Virus record (IMG/VR): IMGVR_UViG_3300035703_000006
Coordinates: 183,113 to 247,112 of that record
Length of the DNA: 64,000 bases
Reading direction: 5' to 3' (one strand)
Position numbers and translations under genes: made by a program. The notes beneath the pieces were generated by a model. It saw nothing but the letters and a program-made list of their open reading frames with translations, was not told the origin of the DNA and did no database searches. This document shows positions 46,146 to 59,996 of the stretch, piece after piece (position 1 is the first letter of the stretch; every line of letters starts with the position of its first letter).

Positions 46146-46553
46146 ATGACTAAACAAAACGGATTTATTGAACCTGCTGCAGTTGTTGTAGTTGGTGGTG
46201 TGATTATGCTTGGTGCTCTCATCTTTATTGGTGGCCCGCAGTATAACGTGTGGCAACAATCTCTTGCTGGTAAAGCAGAACTGCAAAAAGCAGAATATAC
46301 TCGTCAGGTTGCTGTGCTTGAAGCACAAGCAAAGAAAGATAGTGCTCAACAACTTGCTGATGCTGAAATCATCCGTGCTACTGGTGTCGCTAAGGCAAAC
46401 CAAATCATTGGTGATAGTCTGAAAGATAATCGTGAGTATCTTCAGTATCTGTATATCACTGGTCTGGAAGATGGTAGCAAGAATGGTAATGTGACCATCT
46501 ATGTTCCGACCGAAGGTGGTATGCCTGTTCCTACACTTCAAATGAATAAATGA
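46146..46553 (+). CDS. Membrane-anchored SPFH/band-7-tail-like protein
   Basis: TM helix then PQYNVW..G.AEL..A..AE..RA.GVA.AN.IIG.SL..YL.Y. Confidence 0.6.
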   Translation: MTKQNGFIEPAAVVVVGGVIMLGALIFIGGPQYNVWQQSLAGKAELQKAEYTRQVAVLEAQAKKDSAQQLADAEIIRATGVAKANQIIGDSLKDNREYLQYLYITGLEDGSKNGNVTIYVPTEGGMPVPTLQMNK

Positions 46554-49500
46554 ATTTAATTAAAGTTTTTATCGCATCTATTCGGTGGGGGGAACTTTCT
46601 CCCTCTGATGTTGAACTTGTTGAGTCTTCTACTTTGAAACAAGTTTTCCGAGCATCTTATCTACGACGTACTATTTCTTCACCTCATAATATCGTTGTTC
46701 TTGAAAAATGACCGCAACAATTAAACGCAAATTTGTCTGTGTTGAACCTGTTTCTAGTGTCGCAAAACTTCGGTTTGATACTGAAATGGACCATCTGCAT
46801 AGTTGTTATGTAGATGATGAAAAGGATGGTCTTATGTTTCTGACTTCTGTAAATGGTAAGTACAAATTTACCTTAGATAAAAAACAAGACTTTAACTGGC
46901 AAATTGTTAAGTGACACTATGAAAAGTATTTTTCTTCTTGCTGCACTCCTTCTGACTTCTCCTGTTTTCGCACAAACCGAAAAGGTTGTAGAAAAGAAAA
47001 CTTATCGTCCTTTCCGATACGAAACTCCTTGTGGTTTGGAAACGGCAAATGATTTTCTGCAGGATAATTGTGTTGTAATTGAAACTCGTGAAACTGGTGG
47101 AGCACTTCGTACTCGTAATATTTACTCCAATCGTTTTGGTTTGACTATTAAGGGACGATTTGATAAAGAGAAAGGATATATGACCTGGGACTCTCATAAC
47201 AAATATGAATATAAGTGGGAGTATAAACCTGCTGGAACTGGTTGGACTTATGTGATGCCTGGAGTTCTAATTCAAAACATTTCTTGGGATTGAAATTATG
47301 TTTATTAAATCTTATGTTGCTTATCCAGTTCTAATTTTAACTGCAATTGCTGGTTTTGCTGTCGGTGGTGCATCTTCTGTAAGTACAATCACTAATAACA
47401 CACTTAAAATGTGTAATCAAAAACCACTTGAATGTAAGTTCAAGTATGATATTTTGATGTACAATGAAACTGGTAGAGTTCCTTACACTCAACCAAAACC
47501 TCAAACTGAAGAAAAACAAAATAAAAAATGAATGAAAGAGCAAAAAAATTAATGGATGAGATTTGGGCAGCAAGAAACTCTGGTGCTGACACAGAAGAAA
47601 AGTTAATTGCTGCCGTTCTTCGTATTACTGCTGAGAGTGTTCAGTTCTATAATGCTCAAAATGACTTGATTGTTTTGGATAAAAATGATATGCTTCAATT
47701 AGCACAGGAACTAGAAGAATGAAAATCTTTCAAGTAGCAAAATGGTATGTAAGAGAAGATTACGGTAAAGAATATTGCCTGACTCTTTTCTTTAATGAAA
47801 GACAAGCACTTCTTCAAGTTGCAGTTGATATTGGGGATTATGGTTCTTGGTTTGACTGGCCTTATCTACAAATTTCTATGGGATATGGAAGGTTGTTTTC
47901 ATTCCTATTTTCTCTTGGTAAGATAGGTTTTACTTTTGATATTGCTGGTCGTAACTGGAGAGATGAATTGTTTTATGTTCAAGAGGTGAAAGAATGACTA
48001 TTTCGCAAGGTTTAGTATCGGAAGAGAACGAAGATCCTGGATTTGAAATTATCCATCTATCTTTCCGTAAGAGAGAGTCCATCCATCTTTATGGTGGACC
48101 AGTAAACTATTATTGTGGAAACATTGTATTCCGTCTAACAGACCCAGATGCAATCAACCGCATGAAGTATTACATGGAGGAGAATGAAGACCTTCGTGTA
48201 GCACCAGACCTAGAGTTGATGGAAAAGTATTACGAAGGTCTTCATTTTGTCTTTGATAAAGATGAAAAAGTAAATGTTGATGGTGAAAAGTATACTCCAC
48301 TTGACATTCGTAATAAGCATGGTATCAAGGATGAAGATGTATTCATCCGTGCTCATCGTCGTAACATGATGCCACTTCATGACTTTATTCAATACCATGA
48401 GAAGTTTGATGTGTATTCGATGAGAGAATACTTTCAAGACACCCCAGTTGTTCGCGGTATAATGCAGTATCTTCAAGATATGAAGGATGGTAAACCGAAT
48501 CCAAGTCGAACGGTTTATCATGAACAATTTATTAACACTCTTGAAAACCTCTGCTGGTGGTGGGACTGATGAAAGAACTACCCGATAAACTACAACTTGA
48601 TATAATGTGGGCAGTGGCAACCAGTTCCGCAATTGAAACTGGCACAAGACCTCACATCCTCTTTGCCAAAATGCTGTATGATGAGTTCAACGACACCAAA
48701 CCCCCTGTAAAACTTGCTGACTAATTATGAGTTTTTCTAAGACTGTTTCTGTTGTTGCCGCACTGGGTAGTATCTTCAGTGTTGGTCTTGCAAGTTGGAA
48801 GATTTCTGAGGACATTAAAAACGCACAAACTGCACCATTGGAACAGAAAATTGAAGATCTTGAAAAGAAACTAGAAGAAACTAAACAACCAATCCAACAA
48901 TCAAATACAATTGTTCCTGCTCCTGTTAATCTTCCACCAACAACTATTCAACCAATTCCCCAACCAATTCAACCTTCTCCACCACCTCCCCAAGTTCCAC
49001 CAAATCCATGAAAACTTATACTCTCACTATTACAGAAGAACAGGCAAAGACTATTCAGGTTGCTTGTGAATTTCTTGCTCGTATTCAAGGTGGTCAGGTG
49101 CGTGAGGTATTCCAACATCTTCCACTTCGTGAAGGTATTGATTGGAGTGTTTATCATGAAATTCAAGATGAACTGACCAAACGAATGCCTGAAATTTTGA
49201 AAGATAAAATTAATGGATGGAATTCTCATTTTGGTGTGGGACATCCAGACCTTCCAAAATCTCATGATATTGCTTGGGATTTATACCAGGTTGTGAGGCA
49301 TCAATTATCTTGGGAGTATGCTGTGAAACAAGGTTGGGTAGAAGACTTGAATTCTCCAAGAAAATGGGATAAAATGCTTGGAGTATCTTATGATGAACCA
49401 ATGCGTTTTGGTTGCGAACCACTTGCTAAAATGGAGAGGATTGATGAAACTCTTTGATTATGAAACTTATGAAGATTTTGGGAAGGAGTTCTTCCTCCAA

Positions 49501-49799
49501 ATTCTCACATCCCGTAGGTTTGCTCTGTTTGATTTTACTCTCCAGTGGGATGACTATGGTTCTGATGAAATCTTCCCAGCAATTTCATTGAGTATTGGTT
49601 CTAGTCATTTGCTTGGATTTTTCATCCGATACAAACGATTTCAATTTGATTGTAGTATAATTGACTCAAAACCTAGGGATTTGCAATGGTATCGTCAGCA
49701 TAAATAATAATGCTTGTGTTTGGTCGCAGAAGCAGAGATTAGGTGTCCTCGGGCACCTTTTCTTGTATAAATAATACAGACCAAACACAAAGTAGAATT

Positions 49800-50471
49800 A
49801 TGGTGAACCCATATAGATTTTATACTTACGCATATTTGCGGGTAGATAGAACTCCTTATTATATTGGTAAGGGTAGAGGAAATAGAGCATATTACAAATA
49901 TAAGGGAACAAAACCACCTAAAGACAAATCAAGAATAATACTCCTCAAACAGAATTTGACAGAGGAGGAATCATTCAAACACGAAAAGTATATGATTGCT
50001 GTCTTTGGTAGAAAAGATTTGGGAACTGGTATTCTTCATAACAGAACTGATGGTGGAGATGGTTCTTCTGGTTTGATAAGGACTGAAGAACATAAGAGTA
50101 AAATTCGTAAATCGTTACTTGGTAGACCTCGTTCTCAAGAAACTAAAGAAAAATTGAGAAAAGCAAATTTAGGAAAAATTCGCAACCCTTGTTCGCAAGA
50201 AACTAAAGATAAAATAGGTGCTGCCAATAGAGGAAAAAAACACTCTAAATAATCTAAAGAAAAAATTGGTGCTATTTGGTCAAATTGGTGGAGAATAACA
50301 TTTGATGATAATAGTGAGATTGTGATATTTGGATTATCTTCTTGGTGTAAGAAAAATAGTACATATAATAAATCTTGTCTTCTTTGTGTTTCATCAGGAA
50401 AACAGAAAAAACATAAAGATATTGTGTCAGTTGAAAAACTGGCACACTATACTCCTACAAGACCTTCTTGA
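49800..50471 (+). pseudogene. GIY-YIG + NUMOD3 homing endonuclease interrupted by in-frame TAA at 50250
   Basis: FYTYAYLR..PYYIGKG..RA..E...I..FGR..G.L.N.TDGG; NUMOD3 repeats; frame continues KHSK*SKEKIG...KKHK to 50471; TATAAATA at 49766. Confidence 0.75.
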
Positions 50472-50482
50472 TGCACTATAAT
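50425..50482 (+). promoter_or_regulatory. Palindrome + -10 early promoter
   Basis: TGTCAGTT-N4-AACTGGCA, TATAAT at +40. Confidence 0.7.
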
Positions 50483-52888
50483 GACTTCATACAAAACAAA
50501 TCACGATGACTGACCTTTCCAAACTATCTTACAAAGAACTTCAAGAACTTGAAAAGCAAATTGAAGAACGCAAACAAGTATTGAGTGAATCAAATGATTG
50601 TGTTGAAGGATATAAAGTAACTTTCTGTGTGAAGTTCAATCCTGCCACCAACCCATATAGTGACTTGAGAAGTCCAGAAGACTTTGGTGATTACTTGGCA
50701 AATGATATTGCTAATGTACTTGTTAATGATTTTGGTCTTCGTCAATCTGATGTGAGTTCTTTTGAGGTGGAATGGATGAATGACGAGTATAAGGTAGAAT
50801 GGAAGGATTTCTGGGAGGGTGAAGAGTGACTGACGAACAGATTGATTTTATGCTTCAAATGCATAGGTATTTAATTAAATGTGAGATGAATACTATGGTT
50901 GCTAAAATCAATAGAGAAAAAGACACAGAACTCCTCCAAGAAGCATTTAATGATACAAAATGGGAAGAGTTTGCTAAATGGTTCAAAATGATTAGAGACC
51001 AATGACTACTAGAGCACTGCAAATCTTGGAATGCACGATGGAACTCTCTATGAGACCAAAAAGTAAAGATAGGCAGAAGTTGATTGCTCGTGTAATCAAT
51101 GAAGTTGCTGATAGGTTATGTACGGATTGTGGAGAACTTGAAGACCCTGTATCTGTTTTGCGTGAAATTGCTGATGAAGTGGAGGCACTCTAATGGAAAA
51201 AGTAAAATTCAAACAGGTCACAAGAACCATCTGTCCCAAAACAGGCACACACTACTTGGATGCCATTGACACTAATAATCAGCACTGGATGGCAGAAATG
51301 CGAAGTGATGTAGAAAAATGGTTAGTTTTCACCCGAGTATGGCACAAAGACGCACAACACCCTTATGACTGACCTCAAACTCTGTAAGGATTGTAAGCAC
51401 TATAAGAGGGATTGGGGTGCTCGTATTACTGGATTTGGAGACACATTTGACCTATGCCTTCATCCTCTTGTGACTGAAAATGTTGTGACTGGAAAATCTA
51501 ATGGTCGTTATTGTGATAGTGTGAGAAAGTATCAAGGATGTGGTATGGAAGGTAAGTATTTTGAGGCACGAAAATGAGTTCTTATATTTCGTGCTATAAT
51601 CAAGGAACACGAGAACTGGAACACTATAAGGTTCCCTATGATGTTTATGTGTATATCGTTCAACTGGAAAATGAAATCAGGTATGCTTCTGGTGGTGTGA
51701 AACGACTTTATCCTTTTAGATTTGGAGAGAAAGTAAATGACTGACATAAAAACCAAAGCAGATAAAGTACTTTCTGCTTATTATGATGACTTAGCACACG
51801 ACCCTGCCTTCCACCTTACTGGTATTCTTCGTGAAGTCATCAATCAACTTCAACAATCTTCTGCTACTCATCCTGCCTTTATTTCTTGTCCTGATATGTT
51901 AGAATTATGTGAGGAAATTGAAAAACTATGACTGACTTCACAAAACTTACCGACGAAGAACTTCTTCAACTTTATGATAATATAAGATCTTATGTTATAC
52001 ACAAAAAAATTCCAGAACCTGACTTTAATCTATATAAATCAATTCAGTTTGAACACAATTCTAATGTAAATCCAAATACTCTTATTCCAACTCTGGACTT
52101 TAAAATTTCAGTGAATAAAGAAGACTTGCAAGACTTTAGAGTTTTATGGGAGGATTTTTACAATAAGCAACAACAATTTTACAAATACCGTAATAGTCTT
52201 CCTCCCGAAAAACAAGTAACTGTTGATATTAAAAACGCAATTCAACGTGCATTTATTGATTATCTGGATAAGGTATTTCCTGTTGTTCATTATACATGAG
52301 AGAACTTATGACTAATGATTGGAAACCTGAAAAGAATATCTCATCTCCTTGGGATGTTGATGTGATGGAGTATAACATAGGACAACCAGTAAAACCTTCT
52401 GGGGATAATCTACCATATCCTTATACATCTTCATACATTCATAATCCAAAACAATCTAATTGGACTTGTTATATGTTTGGTGGTAGTCCTGGTTGTGGAA
52501 TTGCTTATACTCCACAAGAAGGACACGTTCCTAATAGGTTTGTGAGGTTTATGATGAAACTTTGTTTTGATTGTACTTGGGTAGAGGAGAAATGAAATAC
52601 AACAGACCTATGAATGTCTTTGAAAAACTCCAAGCAGGTTGGTATTGGACTTGGGAATGTTTTGATGAATGGTGCTATACTATGTTGTATGATGATGGAG
52701 AGTTCTTCAACTATCTTCAATCTGATTATGTAAAATATGAGGAGGATATGTATTATGACTAAACCAACAGATGAAGAACTTGATGGATTTATTGAAGGTT
52801 ATTTGAGTGATGGTATGGATTGGTGGTATGATAAAGAAATAGTGAGAGGACTTGCCCGTGCTCTATTGGAACATTTTGGTGATAAAGA

Positions 52889-52993
52889 ATGACTTACGCA
52901 TCTTACCGTTGTCAAAAATGTGGAGCACAGATAGGATATATTGGAAGGTTCTTTCAGTTTCTTCGTATTCCATTGCATCGGTGTGAAAAATGA
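52889..52993 (+). CDS. 34-aa CxxC...HxC zinc-finger-like peptide, copy 1
   Basis: MTYASYRCQKCGAQIGYIGRFFQFLRIPLHRCEK; ATGA overlaps on both sides. Confidence 0.65.
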   Translation: MTYASYRCQKCGAQIGYIGRFFQFLRIPLHRCEK

Positions 52994-53297
52994 CTAATCC
53001 TCTCCTACAAAAATATGAAGAACTCTACGGAAAGAAAGAAGAACCAGTAGTAGAAGAAAAGTATGAAATGCCACCAGAATGGGATGTAAGAGGTGTAACT
53101 ACTACAAATGCTCCCAATTATAATACAAAAGCAAATCATATTCCAATCACAAAACTCACATCTTATGATAATGAGAGTTTGAATGATGGTTTCTTACAAA
53201 TTGCCGAAAAGGTGAAAAGCAAAGAGGCACAAGTATTTTCTATGAATATGGATATAGACCAATTAAGTCGCACAAAAAAAATTACCTTTGAGGTGTG

Positions 53298-53354
53298 GGA
53301 CAATTTTTGAACTGGCACAAGGACTTCCCAAAGTCCCTGAAAATGCCTTATAAT
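53298..53354 (+). promoter_or_regulatory. Palindrome + -10 early promoter
   Basis: GGACAATT-N4-AACTGGCA, TATAAT at +39. Confidence 0.7.
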
Positions 53355-53687
53355 ACTCTCATAACCAAAGGAACTCCAAATGGCAATTGAAATCACTAAT
53401 CAAGTTCGTATTCAACAAGACAAAGATTTTTGGTACACAGTAGAAGACACCAATATTGATGTGGGGTGTGATGGTTGTACCATTTCTTATTGGGAGTTTG
53501 TAAAAGATACTGGTGACAGACGATTTCAAAACATTTCTATGAACGAAGAAGAAGCACTTGCCGTTGCTGATGCAATCTACAAATTTTTCAAAAAGAACTG
53601 ATGAAAGACGAACAAATCCTAAAACTTGCTAAAACCTGTGGATTTGATGAATTTCCAGATGATATTACATCAACCAAAGAACAACTC

Positions 53688-53797
53688 TTGAAGTTTGCCC
53701 GAGAACTTTATGATGAAGGTTATACAAAAGGTTTCAAAGTAGGGCACGATGCTGGTTGGGAACTAAATGAAGAAGTATCACGCAGAGGATTATGACT
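53688..53797 (+). repeat. About 110-bp direct repeat, second copy near 54839-54949
   Basis: Both encode LKFAR.LYDEGYTKGFKVGHDAGWELNEEVSRRGL* followed by ATGACT. Confidence 0.9.
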
Positions 53798-55834
53798 TCT
53801 ATTCTCCAACAATACACTCTTGAAGATTTCGTCAAATGTCGTAATCAAAAAGAATGGATTTGTGATGAATGTAGAAATTGTGGTGATAGAGATTGTTGCT
53901 CTGGAAATCACATAATGTTTAGAGTTCCTAAAACTGATGATTGTCTCTGTTCTATTTGTATGAGTAAATTAAAATGAAACTTTCATATAATCTCAAACAG
54001 TTTTGGTTGCGAAGATTGATGTGGAGATGGTGTTTTGATTGGTGGTTTAGAGTAATGTATCCTCACATTTATTATAGTGAATATGGTAAAAGGTATGAGG
54101 AATATGTGAGTGATGATGATATGTTGTGGTTTTGGAACTATCTAAACAACTTTGATAATGAGGTATTATGACTTTACTTGAAACTATTCAATACTTTCTC
54201 ACAGAAACCGCAGCAGATATGGATGGTTTGTCTTGGGAAATCCGTGAGGAAACTAACTTTGAGGACAACAACATAGAGCATTTGACTGAATGTTATGATT
54301 TCAATAAAGAACTTTATGATAATCTCAAACAAATCAAATCCATTATTGAGAAACTGAAATGACTGAACCAACCGACACAGAAATCCTTGAGTTTCTACTC
54401 AATCAGTTCCAAGGACATTCTCTCAAAATGAATGGTGAAAGTGATTGGGTTTTTATCAATACTGGATTTCCTATGAACCACGCAAAAGGACAAACCGCAA
54501 GAGATGCTGTGATTGCTGCTATGAGGGCAAAATGTCTTACGAAGAATTTTTAGATATTCCATTTAGTTCTCTCAAAGACATTGAAACTATCCTTATCTTG
54601 AAAGACAAACACAATATGGATATTACTAAACAAGAAGAAGATTTGTGTAGGCATATCAACAAGTATTATGGAGAGCAAATCAAATCTTATGAACTCTTCA
54701 AGAACAAAGAAAAACTTGAAAAACTTTTTAGAAAATGACTAACGAAGAACTTCTAAAACTTGCTGAAACCTATGGGTGTTCTAGACACATAAGTAAAACA
54801 ACACACGACATTTACTGGGAATGTGATGAAGATGACTTCTTGAAGTTTGCCCGAGCACTTTATGATGAGGGTTATACTAAAGGTTTCAAAGTAGGGCACG
54901 ATGCTGGTTGGGAATTAAATGAAGAAGTATCACGCAGAGGATTATGACTGAAAAAATAGGATATAAACTCAATCCAAACAAACTTGTGGGAGCATCTTCA
55001 AGTATTCTTCCTTATTTTGTTAGTGCTTTTTATTACACCGAAGATTTTGAGTATTTTGATGTAATCAAACCTTATCTTGAAATCCCAGAGAAACCTAAAA
55101 CTCTGGAAGAAATCCAACAAGAATTTGAAGAGAAGTTTGATAAACATATTGAGAGTATCAAGCATAAGTTTGCTGAACTCAAATGTCATCAAGAGTATTA
55201 CTACAATCAAAGGTTCAATAGAATTATTGAGGACTTTGAGTATGCTTGCAAAAATGGAAGATTTCCAGAAAAACATAGATTAATTTATAGTGATAATCTT
55301 GGAACAAATAATTTTACTTCCAGTTTTATAATTAAACAAGGAAATAACCACGAAGGTTATTATACAATCGGTAATGGTTATTTAAGGTTCTATATGCCGA
55401 CTAAACCAAATGCTATTACTCGTTGGTTTATGAATAAATGTCTTTCCATTAGATGGGTGGATGAGAAATGAAATACCCCCAATCAGTAAATAAATCTATC
55501 TTCATTAGAGAAGTGTATGAAGACACTTATGAAACACCATATGACTATATTGTAGATACTATGATTTGGGAAAATCGTGTTGATGAACTTCATACGATTT
55601 GGCATAAAGGTAAAGACCCACGAAAGGATGAGAAATGACTAAACTATCAGCAGCAGACCTTATGGTAATTCATAACACTCTTTATAAAAGTTTGAGTGTC
55701 GTTGGAAATAGTATTTGGACACAAGAAACCAGAGAAAGAGTTATGGATAAGGTGTCTATTATTATGGAACAAATGAATGCAGAAGTTGTCTGTGGTGATG
55801 TAGAACCTATTGTAGTGAGTGGAGATTTGGGTGG

Positions 55835-55942
55835 ATGACTTACCCATCGTATTGTTGCCCTAAATGTGGAGAACAGATAGGATGGACTGGAAGGTTCTTT
55901 CAGTTTCTTCGTATTCCATTACATCGGTGTAAGGACACTTGA
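55835..55942 (+). CDS. 35-aa zinc-finger-like peptide, copy 2
   Basis: MTYPSYCCPKCGEQIGWTGRFFQFLRIPLHRCKDT. Confidence 0.65.
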   Translation: MTYPSYCCPKCGEQIGWTGRFFQFLRIPLHRCKDT

Positions 55943-55989
55943 AGAACTGGTACAAGGGATGCTCTGGGTGCCTCTGTGGGTGCTATAAT
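55933..55989 (+). promoter_or_regulatory. Palindrome + -10 early promoter
   Basis: GGACACTT-N4-AACTGGTA, TGCTATAAT at +39. Confidence 0.72.
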
Positions 55990-58900
55990 ACTCTCATACA
56001 CACAGACACCTGATGACTTATCAAATCACAAAAGAAATTCGTATTCACCACGAAGATGGTTGGTTCTACCAATTTACTGATGATGGTCAAGGTCTTGTAG
56101 AGATTAATCAATATACAACTCACGGAGTTGAAGAAACTAAAACAGGGGAACCTTTCCACATTCCCAAAGATTGCCTTGAAACCTTTATCTCTGTTCTCCA
56201 ACAACTGAAATGACTAACGAAGAAAAACTCACACTTCTCCTCAAGGTTCTCAAAGAATACGCAGAGGTAAAACACTGCTATGATGTATATGGAGATGATT
56301 ATACTCCAAGTGCTGGTAGTTATGATGATGCCTTTGAAGATGGTTGTGCTTATGGTGAGATTACCTTTGCCCGCACTATGTTAGAATGTATTGGTGTAGA
56401 ATTTGAGTATCCTTGTATGAGTGAAGACAAATGACTGAAATTGAAGAACTCAAAGCACAACTCAAAGTATTGGAAAAGAAACTCTCATTCCTTGAAGAAC
56501 TGGAAAAAACAAAATCACCAGTAGAAGAAGCATATAAAGATTGGTGGGGTGAGTATCCTGGAGATGAAAACTGGACAAGTGATGCTACAAGGTGGCAAGG
56601 TTTCCAAGCAGGTTATAATGCTGCTTATGAAGAAAAGGTAAGTGAAACCGCACAAGAACGAGGAGAACGAGTACATAATGAAATGGAAGAAACTATCAAA
56701 ATCCACGATGGTTATGGTGTAGTTGATTACAAACCAACTCCACAAACACCAGAGCAAGTTGCTGATGGATTGAAAGAAGCATTTCGTGAAGCAGTCAAGC
56801 AAGGTGTAGTTTCATCTTCTACCAAACCACAAACTCTCACTGATTTGATTTATGATTGGTGGGAAGATGTATTCACAACTCATAGTGATTGGGATATGGA
56901 AACTTCCATTGATAATTTGGTAGATGAAATTAGTTTATGGTTGCCGACAGAACACGAAACTAACAGTTATAAGTGGAATGAGTGTATCCGAATGATTAGG
57001 GAGAAACTACGATAATGCCATTCTTTCCAGACTGCTATGATGAGTGGGGTCTTTATAAGATTACCTACGATGGAGACCACAAACTATATGAAATGTTATT
57101 TGAGGGCACAGAAGAACAATGCCGTCAATATGCTTATGAGAACTACACAGACAAAGAACAGGGTGAAATGTGCCTGATGGATTGGGAGGGGAGAGATTGG
57201 CAAGTATGACTGACCGAAACTTCAAGAAAGAACTGAATTACTATGTCTATAATGACCCAGAGTATAGTGAAGATATTGAAACAATTGATTATGATTGTCT
57301 GATTGGTATTATCACCGAGTTGTGTGATAGAATTGAAAAACTTGAGGACAAAGTAGATGAACTTAACCCTAACCCGAGATGGAGTTTGGATTGATGACTG
57401 AACACAATCTGCCAGACAAGGATGATGCTCCTTGGTTAAACACACAATACGATGGTTTTATGACACACGAAGAAATGCTTGAAGTTGCCAAACAACGAGA
57501 AGAAGCAAACAAAAAAGCATGGGAAGCAGTACAAAAACTGTATGCTGAAAATGGTGATGCTTTAAAAGAACTTGCTGATATTGAAAAAGAGGAACGAATG
57601 GATGCAATCAGAACTGCTATTGCTGGTATTGATAAGTATTCCGATGCTCTCAAAGAACTTCGTAAGGTTGAGCATGAAGAACTGATTGAAGAACTGCAAG
57701 CAAAGAAGAAAGAAAACTTTCAACTGGTTGCCGATGCTTGTATGAAAGAATATGAGCAGAAGTATAATCGTGATGTATTCCCAGTAGATGAATACTGGGT
57801 GTATATGGTTTCTGAATACTTTGGCACAGGTGAAGGTCAAACTGTGTGTATTATGATGACACAGGCAAATCCATATGGTGATGACTTTGCTGATGGTAAT
57901 TTCTATGTACCTGTTAATTCTAAGCAATATCGTGCTGTGAGAGCATTCCACGAGCAGTTTGGCACTTGGCATCTTCATGGTCTCAGATTCCTCAGTAAAG
58001 AAGATTTCTTCAGTGAATATTCATACTACATTCCTCCAGTGATGATGAAACTCTCTAATAAGAGTTGCTACAAAGATTTCCACACTCGTGTTCACTACAA
58101 CTTCTCATGACTTATTCACTCAATCAAGAAGCAAAAGCATTCTCTTACACTCGTGAAGAGTTATTTGAGTGTATCACAAAGATTGTGGCACATCCTCATA
58201 AGACCATCACAGAACATGATCATTCTCGTGCTCTTGCGATTATGGTAGTGTTTGATGACTACCTCACAAATTATACCGAATCAGATAATAATGGTGGGTA
58301 TTGTGTATATGAACGGGATGCAACTGACTTTATTGATTTTGTAAGGTTCAAGATGGGTATTGATGATTATGATTATGTGAATGTTGATGGGGTATTGAAA
58401 TGACACGATTTACAAAGAATCCTGATGAAATTGTTCTGGAAGATGTGAAGATGTTCCATTATGAGGTAATGGAACCAAATAAGGCAGTATGGTTAGGAAT
58501 CTATCTTAATAACGGACAAATTTTTCATCTAAACATCGGTGGGGACAATCTTTATGTTAATTACTCGGACGAGACATTGGATTGATGATGTCTATTGGTC
58601 TTGGAAAAATTGTATTGAATGTCGTTTGAATTTAGAAGATAATATTGATAGACTTATGTTTTTTGAAGAACTATCAAGTGGATTTATGCAAATGACAGAC
58701 GAGTGGATTATGTCTCAAACAAACTTTGACCCTTATAATCTATCAGGTAGAGATCCTTACTACACTTATATGATGAGGAAAAAATGAACTTCTTATGGTC
58801 TTTGTGGTATAGGTATAAAGAGTGGAGATACGAACGCAAGTGTCTCAAACATCTTGGTATAAAACCCACAAAGATGTATGTGACAAAAGAACAATATGAT

Positions 58901-59155
58901 GCTCTGATTAAAAGAATCAATGCACCACCAGACCCAGAAAGTATGGCAAAAATTCGTAAAGTATTAGAACGCAAGGCACCTTGGGACAATGAATGAAAGA
59001 CATATTGGTTATGAGATTGATTGCGATTATCAATGGTTAAATATGCTCACAAAAATGAAAGAAAGAAATCCACAAAGATTTTATTCTTTTTATGATGATA
59101 ACACAATCTATCATTATATGGATAAACTTCAGTATCGTCATTTAACTACCGATTG

Positions 59156-59213
59156 AGACACTTGTGGAACTGGCACAAGGCACTCCCCAAATGGGTGGAA
59201 TCACCCCTATAAT
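59156..59213 (+). promoter_or_regulatory. Palindrome + -10 early promoter
   Basis: AGACACTT-N4-AACTGGCA, TATAAT at +40. Confidence 0.72.
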
Positions 59214-59684
59214 GAGTACATACTCAAAAACCCAATGACGACTTCCAATCTTTCTAAAATTAAACCAAAACTTCGCACTCAAGGTGTGGTTTCGGGTAAT
59301 TTTGGAAAATCAAAAGTTAAAGCAGGTTCTCCTTTGCGTGATATTGGTGTCACCAGTGCAAAAGTTGTAAATGTCGTAAAGCAAGAGGATTACCTCAAAC
59401 GTCTTTATGCTGCTTATGAAACAACCAATGACACAAAACTAAAAAGTTTTATTTACAATGAGATTCGTAAGATTCTAATTCAAAAGGGGGAATGGTGACT
59501 AAGATTGTTTATGCTTATGCAGAAGTTGAACGTGCGTACAAGATTCTGACTGAACTTGTAGAACGTGAAAACAAACTTCATGAGATGGATATGACTATTA
59601 TGAGTCAACATCTTAATGATATTCAATATGAGATTCTTCCGATGCTGGAAGAAATTGTTTATTTTGACCCTACTCCTTAATCTA

Positions 59685-59978
59685 ATGCAATTTGATTTTT
59701 CTACCATTAAAGACTTTTACACGGAAAACGTGACTGATGATGTCCTGAAGAAAGTTGGACTGACTGCTGGTATCTTTGCGGTAGTTATTGTTTCTCAGGT
59801 TCTCCTTCACGGACTTGTAGAGATTGTTGATGGCATCCCTGTGTTTAATTCTTTGATGCAGGTTGTTGGTGTTTATGCAACTCTACGATTTGTTCTTTCT
59901 AATCTTGTAACACAAGAACAAAGAACCACTCTACGTTCAAAGGTTCGGAGTTCTTACCAAGAAATTGTTGGTAATTGA
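59685..59978 (+). CDS. CAAD/CurT (CURVATURE THYLAKOID1-like) membrane protein
   Basis: Two TM helices joined by VDGIPVF..LMQVVGV..T.RFV..NL...EQR..L..KV...YQEIVG, matching the CAAD pattern. Confidence 0.72.
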   Translation: MQFDFSTIKDFYTENVTDDVLKKVGLTAGIFAVVIVSQVLLHGLVEIVDGIPVFNSLMQVVGVYATLRFVLSNLVTQEQRTTLRSKVRSSYQEIVGN

Positions 59979-59996
59979 CTACATAGGTATAACAAT

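Noticed and set aside
48613-48646. Palindrome-like CCAGTT...AACTGGCAC
   Set aside because: Spacer is longer than N4 and it lies inside a small ORF; not counted as a promoter
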